Shown here: positions 1 to 9,178 of the stretch, one piece after another | Numbering within the stretch: position 1 is the stretch's first letter | How the letters are laid out: every line of letters begins with the position of its first letter | NCBI GenBank assembly: GCA_963783125.1 | Contig: CAWAMQ010000009.1 | Coordinates: 5,474-69,473, forward strand | Length of the DNA stretch: 64,000 nt | DNA from: an uncultured Chitinophagaceae bacterium | Lineage (GTDB): Bacteria; Bacteroidota; Bacteroidia; Chitinophagales; Chitinophagaceae | Direction: 5' to 3' | The notes under the pieces: generated by a model | Seen by the model: only the letters and a program-made list of their open reading frames with translations | The model's database searches: none | Told to the model about the DNA's origin: nothing | Translations under genes and position numbers: made by a program

Positions 1-108
1 TTTTTTAACCAGCGAGCATACAGAATCGATTTTTTGTTGCTGATTATTTTGTGCCTGCGAAAGCGTACTCATCCCCAACAGCAGTGCTAAAATAAACAGA
101 TGTTTCAT
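1..108 (-). CDS. Partial (5' end only) secreted protein, possibly a serine hydrolase N-terminus
   Basis: ATG at 108 reads MKHLFILALLLGMSTLSQAQNNQQQKIDSVCSLVKK off the window edge; Sec signal peptide (SQA|Q). Not in the supplied ORF track. Confidence 0.7.
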   Translation of the reverse strand, partial: MKHLFILALLLGMSTLSQAQNNQQQKIDSVCSLVKK

Positions 109-194
109 TCCAATCTTATTTTTTTTGATTTGATAAAGAGGTGTATTCTAATTCAAAAGATAATTCATTCTACGCATTAATGAAAGTAATAAAC

Positions 195-773
195 TCACTC
201 TTCCATTAACTTCTCCCGCAGCATCAACAATTGTTTTTTCCTGGGGATATTGCAGGTTTTTTGTTCCCAACGCACCAAAAAGGTGGCCAGTACAAACATA
301 CCAGTTATTATTAACCATTTCTGCAACGGAGCTCCCACAACAACCATTTTTGAAATAGTTAAAACGCCCAAAGGCAAAAGATATCCTACAAGCATCAGGT
401 AATTGAACCTGATAATGGAATTGGTATTCGCTATCGCCTGGTCCAGTTCGCCTAACATGCTTCGGTCAAATGTATTTTCGATTGTTTTTCTTTTCCAACG
501 GAAATACCGGACATAGGCAACCGTAATTATCATTATTCCAAAATTGATAAAAGCCCAGTTGTGCGAACCGCCCAGCGCGAGAACTAATAAAAATATCGCG
601 GTCACACTGTTGATGATAGTCAACCCGGTTTCAACCCTGTTAATTCTTTTGCCCGCAGCATTTTTCTTGCGCGTTACACTCTTGTGAAGTGCAGTTTCGT
701 TTATTGCATACATAGTTTCTCCTTTTTGTTCGTTCCAAATTTTTTGCATTTCTTCAAACTCCATCATATTCAT
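195..773 (-). CDS. Membrane protein downstream of the ECF sigma factor (putative anti-sigma partner)
   Basis: 192 aa, short soluble N-terminus plus about 4 hydrophobic helices; overlaps the sigma factor 3' end. Confidence 0.7.
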   Translation of the reverse strand: MNMMEFEEMQKIWNEQKGETMYAINETALHKSVTRKKNAAGKRINRVETGLTIINSVTAIFLLVLALGGSHNWAFINFGIMIITVAYVRYFRWKRKTIENTFDRSMLGELDQAIANTNSIIRFNYLMLVGYLLPLGVLTISKMVVVGAPLQKWLIITGMFVLATFLVRWEQKTCNIPRKKQLLMLREKLMEE

Positions 774-1266
774 ATTGTTTAGAGTTGTTTACTAATTGTT
801 TTTTTATCCGGTGAATCTTCACCCCAATATTGCTCTCTGAAATCCCAATCATTTCCGCCATCTCTTTATAACTATATCCATCGAGCAGTAGCAGGGTAAG
901 CGACCGGTCTATTTCATTTAACTTCTTTATTTCAGCGTACAGCCAGCTAACGCGACCATCTTTAGATTCGTTACGCGTTTCCAGTACGTGAGCCATTGTC
1001 TCTATTTGCCGGTGGCCGTCAACATGTTTCTTTTCCTGTGTGCTCCATTTGATTGACGTGTTTAACGCAATCCTGTAAAGCCAGGTTGACACAGCACACT
1101 CAGCTTTAAAATTGGGAACAGATCGAAACATCTGCAGGCATACTTCCTGGAAGAGATCATCGCGGTCTTCCGCATTGAAAGCATATGCGTTAATGACTTT
1201 GAACACCAGCGCGCGATATTCATCAAGCCATTCCTGGAAAATTTTTCGCTGTTCTCTTTCTTTCAT
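754..1266 (-). CDS. ECF RNA polymerase sigma-70 factor
   Basis: Region 2 (DDLFQEVCLQ...STWLYRIALN) and region 4 (LDGYSYKEMAEMIGISESNIGVKIHRIK); 170 aa. Confidence 0.95.
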   Translation of the reverse strand: MKEREQRKIFQEWLDEYRALVFKVINAYAFNAEDRDDLFQEVCLQMFRSVPNFKAECAVSTWLYRIALNTSIKWSTQEKKHVDGHRQIETMAHVLETRNESKDGRVSWLYAEIKKLNEIDRSLTLLLLDGYSYKEMAEMIGISESNIGVKIHRIKKQLVNNSKQYEYDGV

Positions 1267-1286
1267 TTTTCGAATCGTTACCCCAT

Positions 1287-1314
1287 TAGTCCGGTATTAT
1301 GTAAATTTCTTACA
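1287..1314 (-). promoter_or_regulatory. Putative ECF-type (autoregulatory) promoter
   Basis: Minus strand TGTAAG-17 nt-GACTA just upstream of the sigma ATG; matches the general ECF promoter layout (inference). Confidence 0.35.
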
Positions 1315-1569
1315 AGGAAATTAAAATTTTTTATTAAACAATTTGTTAGGGCTATGGAAGATCGGTCTTAGCCGTGGAAAAAACCTGAGCGGTGCAGGAG
1401 CAGAATGAACGAAGAGGCAGGATGAAATACTAATAGTTTATACCAGCCGTACAGTAAATCAACTTTTACTAAAGATTTTTATTTCGTAATTTTCATCTTC
1501 GCATATATTTTATTACCCTTGGCGGTTACGACTTTCAGGGATCTTCCGAACAATTAAAATTTGCCTGAT

Positions 1570-3087
1570 ATGAGGATCAAAAAGAGAACGTTTATAATAA
1601 TTTGTGCAATTGCTTTTGCATTTACAACAAACGTAGCTGCACAATCATTGCCGGATTCAACCATAAAAAAAATCGACAACCTTTTCACGAAATGGAACTC
1701 AGCAAATAGTCCCGGTTGCACAGTGGGTATTGTCAGAAATGATTCGCTTGTTTTTTCCAAAGGATATGGAATGGCCAATCTTGAATATGCCATTCCAAAT
1801 GAACCACAGACGTTGTATCACATGGCTTCGGTCTCCAAACAATTTACGGCCTTTTCTATCATTTTACTGGCGAGACAATGTAAACTAAATCTTGATGATG
1901 ATATCCATAAATGGCTTCCCTGGTTTCCTGATCTGAAAGAAAAAATAACGATCCAAAATTTGTTGAATCACACCAGTGGCATAAGAGACCAATGGCAACT
2001 GCTTGCCATAGCGGGCACAAGGCTTGATGATGTGATAACGCAGGATCAGATCATAAAGATTCTGAGCAAACAACAGGCCCTGAATTTTAGACCGGGTGAT
2101 AAATACAGCTATTCAAACAGCGGGTTTACGATGCTGGCAGAAATAGTAAAAGCAGTGAGCGGACAAACATTGCGGCAATTTACAGACTCGGCGATCTTCA
2201 AACCTTTGGGCATGACCAGTACCCATATTCATGATGACTATACAGAGATTGAAAAGAAACGTTCGTATAGTTACGGTCGAAAAGATAGTTCCCATTTTTT
2301 CAATGCAGTTTTAAGCTACTCCGTGTCGGGCGCTACAAGTCTTTTTACCAATATCAATGACATGAGTAAATGGGTAATGAATTTTGATGACCACAAAGTG
2401 GGCGACCAGCAGGATATTGAGAGGCTGACACAAAAAGGAAAATTAAATAACGGTAAAGAATTGACCTACGCGCAGGGTATCGTAAACGATACGTGGAAAG
2501 GATGGCGGCAATATTCACATGCGGGGGCTGATGCAGGTTACAGAACTTACGTTGCAATCTTTCCAGATCTAAAAATGGGTTTTATGGTTTTCGGAAACCT
2601 GGGAGATTTCAATCCTGGTAAGAAAGTTTATGAGATGGCTGATTTATTTATAAAAGATACTACAGCATCCGCAAAAGTTAGAAAAAACAAAGACAAGAGA
2701 AACAGAACTGCAGCTACATTAACTATCACATCTGAAAAATTTACCGGCAATTATACCGGTGAAGTGGGGTCGGACCAATCATCCCATTTTCAAAAATTCA
2801 TAACCGACACGTCACATCCGGATGAAAGTTTGGAACCATATACGGGAGTCTATTATTCTCCGGAACTTGAATGCAGATATGGTATCGTTTTAAGAGATAA
2901 TAATTTATTCCTCACAAATTCCAAATACAACGATTCAAAATTGGTCTTAGTTGGCAAAGATCATTTAATGGGAAATACCTGGTGGATGAATCAGCTTATG
3001 ATGCTGCGTGACAGTAAAAATAATATTGTTGGCTTTGAAGTAAATTCGGACAGGGTAATGCATTTGAGGTTTAATAAAATTGATTAA
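1570..3087 (+). CDS. Secreted serine hydrolase, beta-lactamase/class C-like family
   Basis: Signal peptide; SxxK (ASVSKQF), YSYSN, LLNHTSG and HAGADAG motifs. ATG at 1570 preferred over TTG at 1561. Confidence 0.9.
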   Translation: MRIKKRTFIIICAIAFAFTTNVAAQSLPDSTIKKIDNLFTKWNSANSPGCTVGIVRNDSLVFSKGYGMANLEYAIPNEPQTLYHMASVSKQFTAFSIILLARQCKLNLDDDIHKWLPWFPDLKEKITIQNLLNHTSGIRDQWQLLAIAGTRLDDVITQDQIIKILSKQQALNFRPGDKYSYSNSGFTMLAEIVKAVSGQTLRQFTDSAIFKPLGMTSTHIHDDYTEIEKKRSYSYGRKDSSHFFNAVLSYSVSGATSLFTNINDMSKWVMNFDDHKVGDQQDIERLTQKGKLNNGKELTYAQGIVNDTWKGWRQYSHAGADAGYRTYVAIFPDLKMGFMVFGNLGDFNPGKKVYEMADLFIKDTTASAKVRKNKDKRNRTAATLTITSEKFTGNYTGEVGSDQSSHFQKFITDTSHPDESLEPYTGVYYSPELECRYGIVLRDNNLFLTNSKYNDSKLVLVGKDHLMGNTWWMNQLMMLRDSKNNIVGFEVNSDRVMHLRFNKID

Positions 3088-3255
3088 ATAAAATCGCGGG
3101 AGAATGATCACTTGTCACAACGCGTTACACTGAAATATTCAACAACATTTTCCCCTTGGTCTGACATTTTTTCCGTTCATAAAATTCTGACACAAATTAA
3201 CGGCGGTTCCGCTTAATTGTATTTATTTTCGAGCCTAACCGATATTAAAAAATTT

Positions 3256-4821
3256 ATGAAGAAATATTTTTTGCCGCAGCTCTCTTTAATAATTGTCGCT
3301 TTTTGTTTCGCAACGTCTTCTCTCAAAGCACAATCTAAAGACGTGCAGGAAATCAACCGTATTGAACAACCGTCTGTAGCCCTGGAACCATTGCGCTTCC
3401 TCGCTTCAGACGAATTGAAGGGAAGGGCTACAGCGCGCCCGGAGATCCAAATTGCCGCCCGTTATATCAGCGAAAAATTCAGAAGTATGCAGTTAAAAGA
3501 ATGTCCCAATACTACTGATTATTTTCAAAATTTTGATATTAAAATGATCACGCCAGCACAAACAGGAACGCTGATGGTTGGCGGGAACAATTTGCAGTTA
3601 GGTGAGGATTTGATACAGTTGAATGGCGTAGACATCAACATGGATGCACCGGTAGTGTTTGCAGGATATGGTAGCAAAAAAGATTTTGAAAACCTGGACG
3701 TAAAAGGAAAAATCGTTGTTACGCTTGCCGGCAAAAGCGATTCTTCCAACTTCCGGCAGGCATTTTCGATGGCGAGAACAAAGCGCAAACTGGCAGAAGA
3801 GAAAGGAGCGGCTGCGTTGATAGAACTTGCGGCCGGTTCGGATGTGCCGTGGAAAAGATTACAAAATTACCTGTCGCAGGAGCACGTGGCGAGACAGGAT
3901 GCAGCAGATACATTGGCGGTGTTTTGGCTAAAAGATTCAAATCACACTCTGGAAAGCGCAGTAAAAAATAAATCAATTTCTGCCAAACTAACGGTGACGG
4001 GCACACTGGAAAAAGATATTCCGGCGAAGAATGTGATGGGTTATGTAGAAGGCACCGATCCTCAGTTGAAGAATCAATACCTTATTCTTTCCGCACATTA
4101 TGATCATTTGGGCGTGGCCGAAACACCAGTAATGGAAGATGGAAAGATGGACTCGATTTATAATGGCGCACGGGACAATGCAGTTGGCGTTACCGCTGTG
4201 ATGGATGCTGCGCGCTACTTTGCACAACATCCTCCTAAAAGATCAGTTTTGTTTATTGCCTATACCGGCGAAGAAATAGGGGAGATAGGAAGCAAATATT
4301 TTGCGTCACACCCTGTAATTCCGCTGAAGCAGATTGTCTATAACATGAATATCGATAACGGTGATTATAACGATACAACGATCATTACGGTAGTGGGATT
4401 TGGCAGAACTTCTGCCGATGCCGATATTCAAAAAGGTTGTGAAGCGTTTGGATTAAAAGCCATTGCCGACCCGGCGCCCGAGCAGGATCTCTTTGACAGG
4501 AGCGATAATGTGAACCTTGCGGAGAAAGGAATACCGGCGCCCACTTTCAGTTTGGGTTTTACAAAATTTGATGCAGAAACAATGAAACATTATCATCATG
4601 TCAGTGATGAGGTAGGAAATATGAATCTTAATTATGTAATGAAATATATCAAGGCATATATTCTTGCTGCAAAAAATATCGCTGATGATCCAACTCCACC
4701 TACGTGGGAAAAGGGCGATAAATATGAAAAAGCGGGGAAAGAATTATATCATACAATAACTGAAAAGGTACAGAAGAAACCTGTTTTATTGCTGCAGCAC
4801 AAAACAAAAGATGGGCAGTAA
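3256..4821 (+). CDS. M28 family secreted metallopeptidase with PA insert
   Basis: SAHYDHLG, GARDN, GEE, NMNID and HYHHVSD Zn-ligand motifs; signal peptide from ATG 3256. Confidence 0.92.
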   Translation: MKKYFLPQLSLIIVAFCFATSSLKAQSKDVQEINRIEQPSVALEPLRFLASDELKGRATARPEIQIAARYISEKFRSMQLKECPNTTDYFQNFDIKMITPAQTGTLMVGGNNLQLGEDLIQLNGVDINMDAPVVFAGYGSKKDFENLDVKGKIVVTLAGKSDSSNFRQAFSMARTKRKLAEEKGAAALIELAAGSDVPWKRLQNYLSQEHVARQDAADTLAVFWLKDSNHTLESAVKNKSISAKLTVTGTLEKDIPAKNVMGYVEGTDPQLKNQYLILSAHYDHLGVAETPVMEDGKMDSIYNGARDNAVGVTAVMDAARYFAQHPPKRSVLFIAYTGEEIGEIGSKYFASHPVIPLKQIVYNMNIDNGDYNDTTIITVVGFGRTSADADIQKGCEAFGLKAIADPAPEQDLFDRSDNVNLAEKGIPAPTFSLGFTKFDAETMKHYHHVSDEVGNMNLNYVMKYIKAYILAAKNIADDPTPPTWEKGDKYEKAGKELYHTITEKVQKKPVLLLQHKTKDGQ

Positions 4822-4872
4822 ACAAAGAAATAATTTAAATTTTTATTTTCAATATAAACGTCAAAAACATTT

Positions 4873-5796
4873 TTAAAAAGTTTCGAGGTCTTTACCAACG
4901 ACAACATTTCCATTAAAGCCACCTTTTCTTACTCCATTAATAAGCACATCGCCTGCTCCGGAAACCCGGCCTAAATGAGTAAGTATTAAAAGTTTTGGCT
5001 GCGCCTCAGCGGCTATTTTCCCGAGTTCTACATCGGAAGTATGGAATTGCTTTGAATATTCCACCCAGTATTCACCGCCGGGCCGCTTTTCCGGTTTTAA
5101 TGTTTCTGACGGATACGCTTCGTGTATTAAAACATTTACTCCCGTTGATGCTTTGACCAACGCTTCACAGGGACGTGTGTCACCAGAGATAACAATAGAA
5201 CGGTCGGGAGTGTCAATACGATAACCGTAAGCTTCTTTCCAACTGCCATGCAACACGGGAATGGCTGTTATTTTTACGCCGGCACTGTCGTAAACAATAC
5301 CCGGCTTTATTTCATGTACGTTAACACGCAGGTACTCACGTTTTTCTTTTTCAAGGCCTTCGGTTCTGGTGTCAATGTCTTCAGACCACGCCTGTAATAA
5401 TAGGTTGGTCATTCGCTGTAATCCGTGAGGTCCGTAAACCTGTAAGGCTTTATTTCTCCTCATAATCCACGAGGTCAGGATCAGATCGGGATATCCCAAT
5501 GTATGGTCGCTGTGCAGGTGTGTAATAAAAGTAGCTTCCGGTCCGCTGATGGGAAGCTTTGCTGCACTGATCCTTCTTTCCACGCCTGCGCCTGCGTCAA
5601 AAAGAAAAAACCTCTTTCCATAAACCACAGCAGTGGCCGGCCCTGATCTGTCAGGATTGGGATACGGATTTCCGGTACCAAGCAAGATGATCCTCGTTTT
5701 TATTGTATCAGAATGTGTGGGTAAAGTCGTCGCGTTGCAATTGATAACAATGAAACCGGTTACCAGGAAAAAGATAAGTTTTATGGTCCGTTGCAT
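4873..5796 (-). CDS. MBL-fold metallohydrolase (RNase Z/AtsA-like), secreted
   Basis: LLGTGNP, FDAGAG, HLHSDH, ISGDT and LIHEA motifs; likely start ATG 5796 (MQRTIKLIFF signal peptide). Confidence 0.88.
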   Translation of the reverse strand: MQRTIKLIFFLVTGFIVINCNATTLPTHSDTIKTRIILLGTGNPYPNPDRSGPATAVVYGKRFFLFDAGAGVERRISAAKLPISGPEATFITHLHSDHTLGYPDLILTSWIMRRNKALQVYGPHGLQRMTNLLLQAWSEDIDTRTEGLEKEKREYLRVNVHEIKPGIVYDSAGVKITAIPVLHGSWKEAYGYRIDTPDRSIVISGDTRPCEALVKASTGVNVLIHEAYPSETLKPEKRPGGEYWVEYSKQFHTSDVELGKIAAEAQPKLLILTHLGRVSGAGDVLINGVRKGGFNGNVVVGKDLETF

Positions 5797-5876
5797 ATTG
5801 GTGGTATGCCCGTTATAATTTCTTACTGTTCTTGTTCCTGGCATCATATAGATGATCTTTAGCTATGGAATATCTG

Positions 5877-7712
5877 CTATTTTACAACTTTGTTTCCCAA
5901 CCATAACTTCCTGAAATCTTGTACTGATTCCGTTACCGGCTTTCCTTCTTTTTCAAAAGTTACCACTTTTAGTGAAGGATCTTCCTGTAAAGTAATTACC
6001 GCTTCATTCGGTACTTCGCGATGAATAAAGCTCACTTCAATTTTATCTCCCGGCTGATGAACAGCTAAAATGGATTCAATATCTTGTGCACTGGCAACCG
6101 GTTTGCCATCCAATTCGGTGATCACATCATCAACATCAAGTCCGGCATTGTAAACCGGCTGATCTTTTAATGTATTGGTGGTAATTTGTAAGCCATTGTT
6201 AGCAGCTTCGGTTCTGAAATTTCCCATCCATGCTTTACCAGGATTACTTTTTACAAGATCAAGACCTGCGTTTTCCAGTTGCGTTTTATAATCATTTTTC
6301 TGCCTACCATAAATGTATTTATCAAAAAAACTTTTAGCAAACGACGGATCTTTGGTTACTTCTCCCAGCACTTTTTCCAATCCTTCATTCGTATAAGGAA
6401 TGTAAGGCTTCCCAAATTTTTTCCAGACAGCACGCATGTAATCGTCTAATGTCAGGTGATAGTCATTGCGTAATTTAAAATCGAGTGCGAGCGCAGTAAC
6501 CGCGCCATAATAATAATAGGAGGTAAAGATATTGGGATAGTTGGTGCGATCAATAGCAACGCCTGCGTCGGTGAAGACCGCCTGGTTGCTCATGGTAACA
6601 GGTGAAAACTCTTTTGAGCCCGGACTATTTAAAACATAATTCAGCATGCCGCCAAGAATGTTGCAATATTCATTAAGATCTTTAAAGCCTGCCCGTTGCA
6701 AAACCAACTCGCCGTAATATTGTGTAAATCCTTCTGCAAACCACAGACTGCTGCTCATATCGGCTTCTTTAAAATCAAAAGGCTCAATATCGCGCGGACG
6801 AATACGCTTCACATTCCAGCAATGAAAAAATTCATGGGAGGAAGTGCTAAGCACATGCATAAAATTATCCTCCAGTTGCCCGCGATACGTAATGAATGTA
6901 GAATTGCGATGCTCCATTCCGTCGCCGTGTACAAAAGGGTTTACATTCTCAATAAATGTGTAAGTGCCATAATCGTAATCAGGCAATTCTCCAAACACGG
7001 CTTGTTCTTCTTTTACCACCTTTTGTTCCATTGAAGTATACGCATCCATCAAACTATCGGAAGCTTTGGCGTGCATCACCAACCGCAATTCTTCGTTTTT
7101 GCCGTCCGGATTTTTTACCGTCCATGTACGCAAATGATAATCGCTCAGTTCCGTTGGCGAATCCATCATGTATTGCAAATTGCGGGCATAGTATGTATTC
7201 TCTTCTGATAAAGGTTTTAGTTGTGTTGCTACCTTCCAGTGAAGAGATGAAGGCATATCAAATTTGAATGTAATCGGATCGGCATCGTGACCTTCAATCC
7301 ACATAAACGTGGCAGGCATGTTCAAGTGCGCGCCTGTTGAATCAATACCGTCATAAGTTCCATCTGCATAATCGCCATATAAAGTGTAAGTTATTTTTAC
7401 GGTTGAAGGGTGATGCACGACTTTATAAATATCACCTGAAACCCTTTCTAAAGTCAGGGGTTTTTCATTACCATCGAAAGCTTTTACATCATACACATTC
7501 TTTCCAAATTCAGCAGTAGCGTACCTTCCCGCAGAAGAACGGCTCATACGAAAAGTTGCCGGAGCACTGCTTAGATTATTAACTGTCAATTGCACCTGTG
7601 CCTCATGATGACGGTAATTAGGAAAAGAAATTTTGTAATGAATGTTGGCCTGGCTGAAACTACGTGTAGTCGTAAACGTTATAACTACTAAAAGAGCAAG
7701 AATTTTTTTCAT
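5877..7712 (-). CDS. M61 glycyl aminopeptidase with C-terminal PDZ domain
   Basis: GMEHRNST, HEFFH, WFAEGFTQY; PDZ-like AGLDVDDVITELDG; signal peptide. Confidence 0.93.
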   Translation of the reverse strand: MKKILALLVVITFTTTRSFSQANIHYKISFPNYRHHEAQVQLTVNNLSSAPATFRMSRSSAGRYATAEFGKNVYDVKAFDGNEKPLTLERVSGDIYKVVHHPSTVKITYTLYGDYADGTYDGIDSTGAHLNMPATFMWIEGHDADPITFKFDMPSSLHWKVATQLKPLSEENTYYARNLQYMMDSPTELSDYHLRTWTVKNPDGKNEELRLVMHAKASDSLMDAYTSMEQKVVKEEQAVFGELPDYDYGTYTFIENVNPFVHGDGMEHRNSTFITYRGQLEDNFMHVLSTSSHEFFHCWNVKRIRPRDIEPFDFKEADMSSSLWFAEGFTQYYGELVLQRAGFKDLNEYCNILGGMLNYVLNSPGSKEFSPVTMSNQAVFTDAGVAIDRTNYPNIFTSYYYYGAVTALALDFKLRNDYHLTLDDYMRAVWKKFGKPYIPYTNEGLEKVLGEVTKDPSFAKSFFDKYIYGRQKNDYKTQLENAGLDLVKSNPGKAWMGNFRTEAANNGLQITTNTLKDQPVYNAGLDVDDVITELDGKPVASAQDIESILAVHQPGDKIEVSFIHREVPNEAVITLQEDPSLKVVTFEKEGKPVTESVQDFRKLWLGNKVVK

Positions 7713-7836
7713 GGCAATGAGTAAAAGTTTATGCGTAAAAATAGTGTATTATGAGAGATTTTTTCCTTTAACAAAAACGAAAAAGAATTTACTTAAAAAT
7801 GGTCAAAACCCTTTGCGAGATTTCAATACGAAATAG

Positions 7837-7895
7837 CCCACAGTTAAGACCGTGGGATATTGATTTAACGGCGTTAAATAACCGTTTTAACGGTT
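7837..7895. repeat. REP-like palindromes
   Basis: CCCACAGTTAAGACCGTGGG hairpin (7837-7856) and near-perfect palindrome AACCGTTTTAACGGTT (7880-7895) between divergent genes. Confidence 0.5.
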
Positions 7896-8068
7896 TCTGA
7901 TAGATGTAACAATTCAGTAAACCAATAAAAAATAAACATTTTTGTTTTATTATTTATCAATGCAAAATGAAAAGCGATTTATTAGAATTTCTTCGTTAAA
8001 TTTATTGTAACAAACCGTATTGCATTTTTCAACACTTATCACATTTTTTACTTTAAAATCAATTCATC

Positions 8069-8989
8069 ATGAAACTCACCAGGAGAAAATTTCTCGTAAA
8101 CAGTTCAATGGCGCTTGCAGGGACCATGTTATTGCCTGACTTTATTTTTGCCAATAAAAAAGCCAGCGATCATATCCTCGGCATACAATTATATTCCGTG
8201 CGCGATGATATGCAAAAAGATCCGCTCGGAACGCTGAAACAGTTGTCAGCAATGGGTTACAAAAATGTAGAACATGCCAATTATATCAACAGAAAATTTT
8301 ATGGCTACTCTGCTTCCGATTTCAAAAAAGTGTTGGATGACCTGGGTTTGAATATGCCGAGTGGCCATACCGTTATGTCAGGCGCAGATTGGGACAGTAG
8401 CAAAAACGATTTTACCGATAAGTGGAAACAAACAGTTGAAGATGCTGCAACAGTCGGAGAGATGTACGTGATTAGCCCGTGGCTGGATGAAAGCTTGCGG
8501 CAGAATTATGATGAGCTGGTAAAGTTTTTGGACGTGTTCAATAAATCAGGTGAACTGTGTAAAAAATCAGGATTAAAATTCGGTTACCACAACCATGATT
8601 TTGAATTCAAATATTCATTGAATGGCAAACAGATATATGATATCATTTTAGAAAAAACCGATCCTGATTTGGTGTTGCAACAAATTGATATCGGCAACAT
8701 GTATGGCGCTGGTGGAAGAGCTTTGGAAATTGTCCAAAAACATCCGGGTAGATTCCAAAGCATGCATGTAAAAGACGAGATAAAAGCGCCGGGCAAAGGT
8801 GAGATGGGCGACAATTACGAAAGCACCGTTTTGGGAAAAGGTATTTTGCCGGTAAAAGAAATTGTCGATGTTTTCCAGCAAAAAGGCGGCACTACAGAAT
8901 TTATTATTGAGCAGGAATCTTACCAGGATAAGACGCCGTTGGATTGCTCAAGGGAAGATTTGGAGGTGATGAAAAGCTGGGGATTTTAA
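8069..8989 (+). CDS. Sugar phosphate isomerase/epimerase (AP endonuclease 2 TIM barrel), Tat-exported
   Basis: TRRKFL Tat signal; GIQLYSVRD, GYHNHDFEF, QIDIG, MHVKD and IIEQE motifs. Confidence 0.9.
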   Translation: MKLTRRKFLVNSSMALAGTMLLPDFIFANKKASDHILGIQLYSVRDDMQKDPLGTLKQLSAMGYKNVEHANYINRKFYGYSASDFKKVLDDLGLNMPSGHTVMSGADWDSSKNDFTDKWKQTVEDAATVGEMYVISPWLDESLRQNYDELVKFLDVFNKSGELCKKSGLKFGYHNHDFEFKYSLNGKQIYDIILEKTDPDLVLQQIDIGNMYGAGGRALEIVQKHPGRFQSMHVKDEIKAPGKGEMGDNYESTVLGKGILPVKEIVDVFQQKGGTTEFIIEQESYQDKTPLDCSREDLEVMKSWGF

Positions 8990-8996
8990 AATATCT

Positions 8997-9077
8997 GAAC
9001 CACTGATTGAAGCGATTACCTGATTTCCCGGAATTCGCCATTCAGTCTAATCAGTTAATCAGGCTAATCTGAGGTTC
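8997..9077. repeat. REP-like imperfect inverted repeat (GATT-periodic arms)
   Basis: Left arm GAACCACTGATTGAAGCGATTACCTGATT (8997-9025) pairs with right arm AATCAGTTAATCAGGCTAATCTGAGGTTC (9049-9077). Confidence 0.65.
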
Positions 9078-9178
9078 TGACCAACTGATACAAATCAACT
9101 CTCTTTATGACCAATGTTTTTTAAATTGTAGGTTACCTGGCGTAACTATGTATCTATAATTACCAAAAACATTGTATC

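Noticed and set aside
1340-1450. GC-richer stretch upstream of the serine hydrolase as an ncRNA or gene remnant
   Set aside because: No convincing fold or reading frame; unresolved.
1570-5796. Bona fide beta-lactam resistance genes
   Set aside because: The serine hydrolase and MBL-fold protein have only family-level motifs (class C-like esterase/peptidase; RNase Z-like), so no resistance call is supportable.
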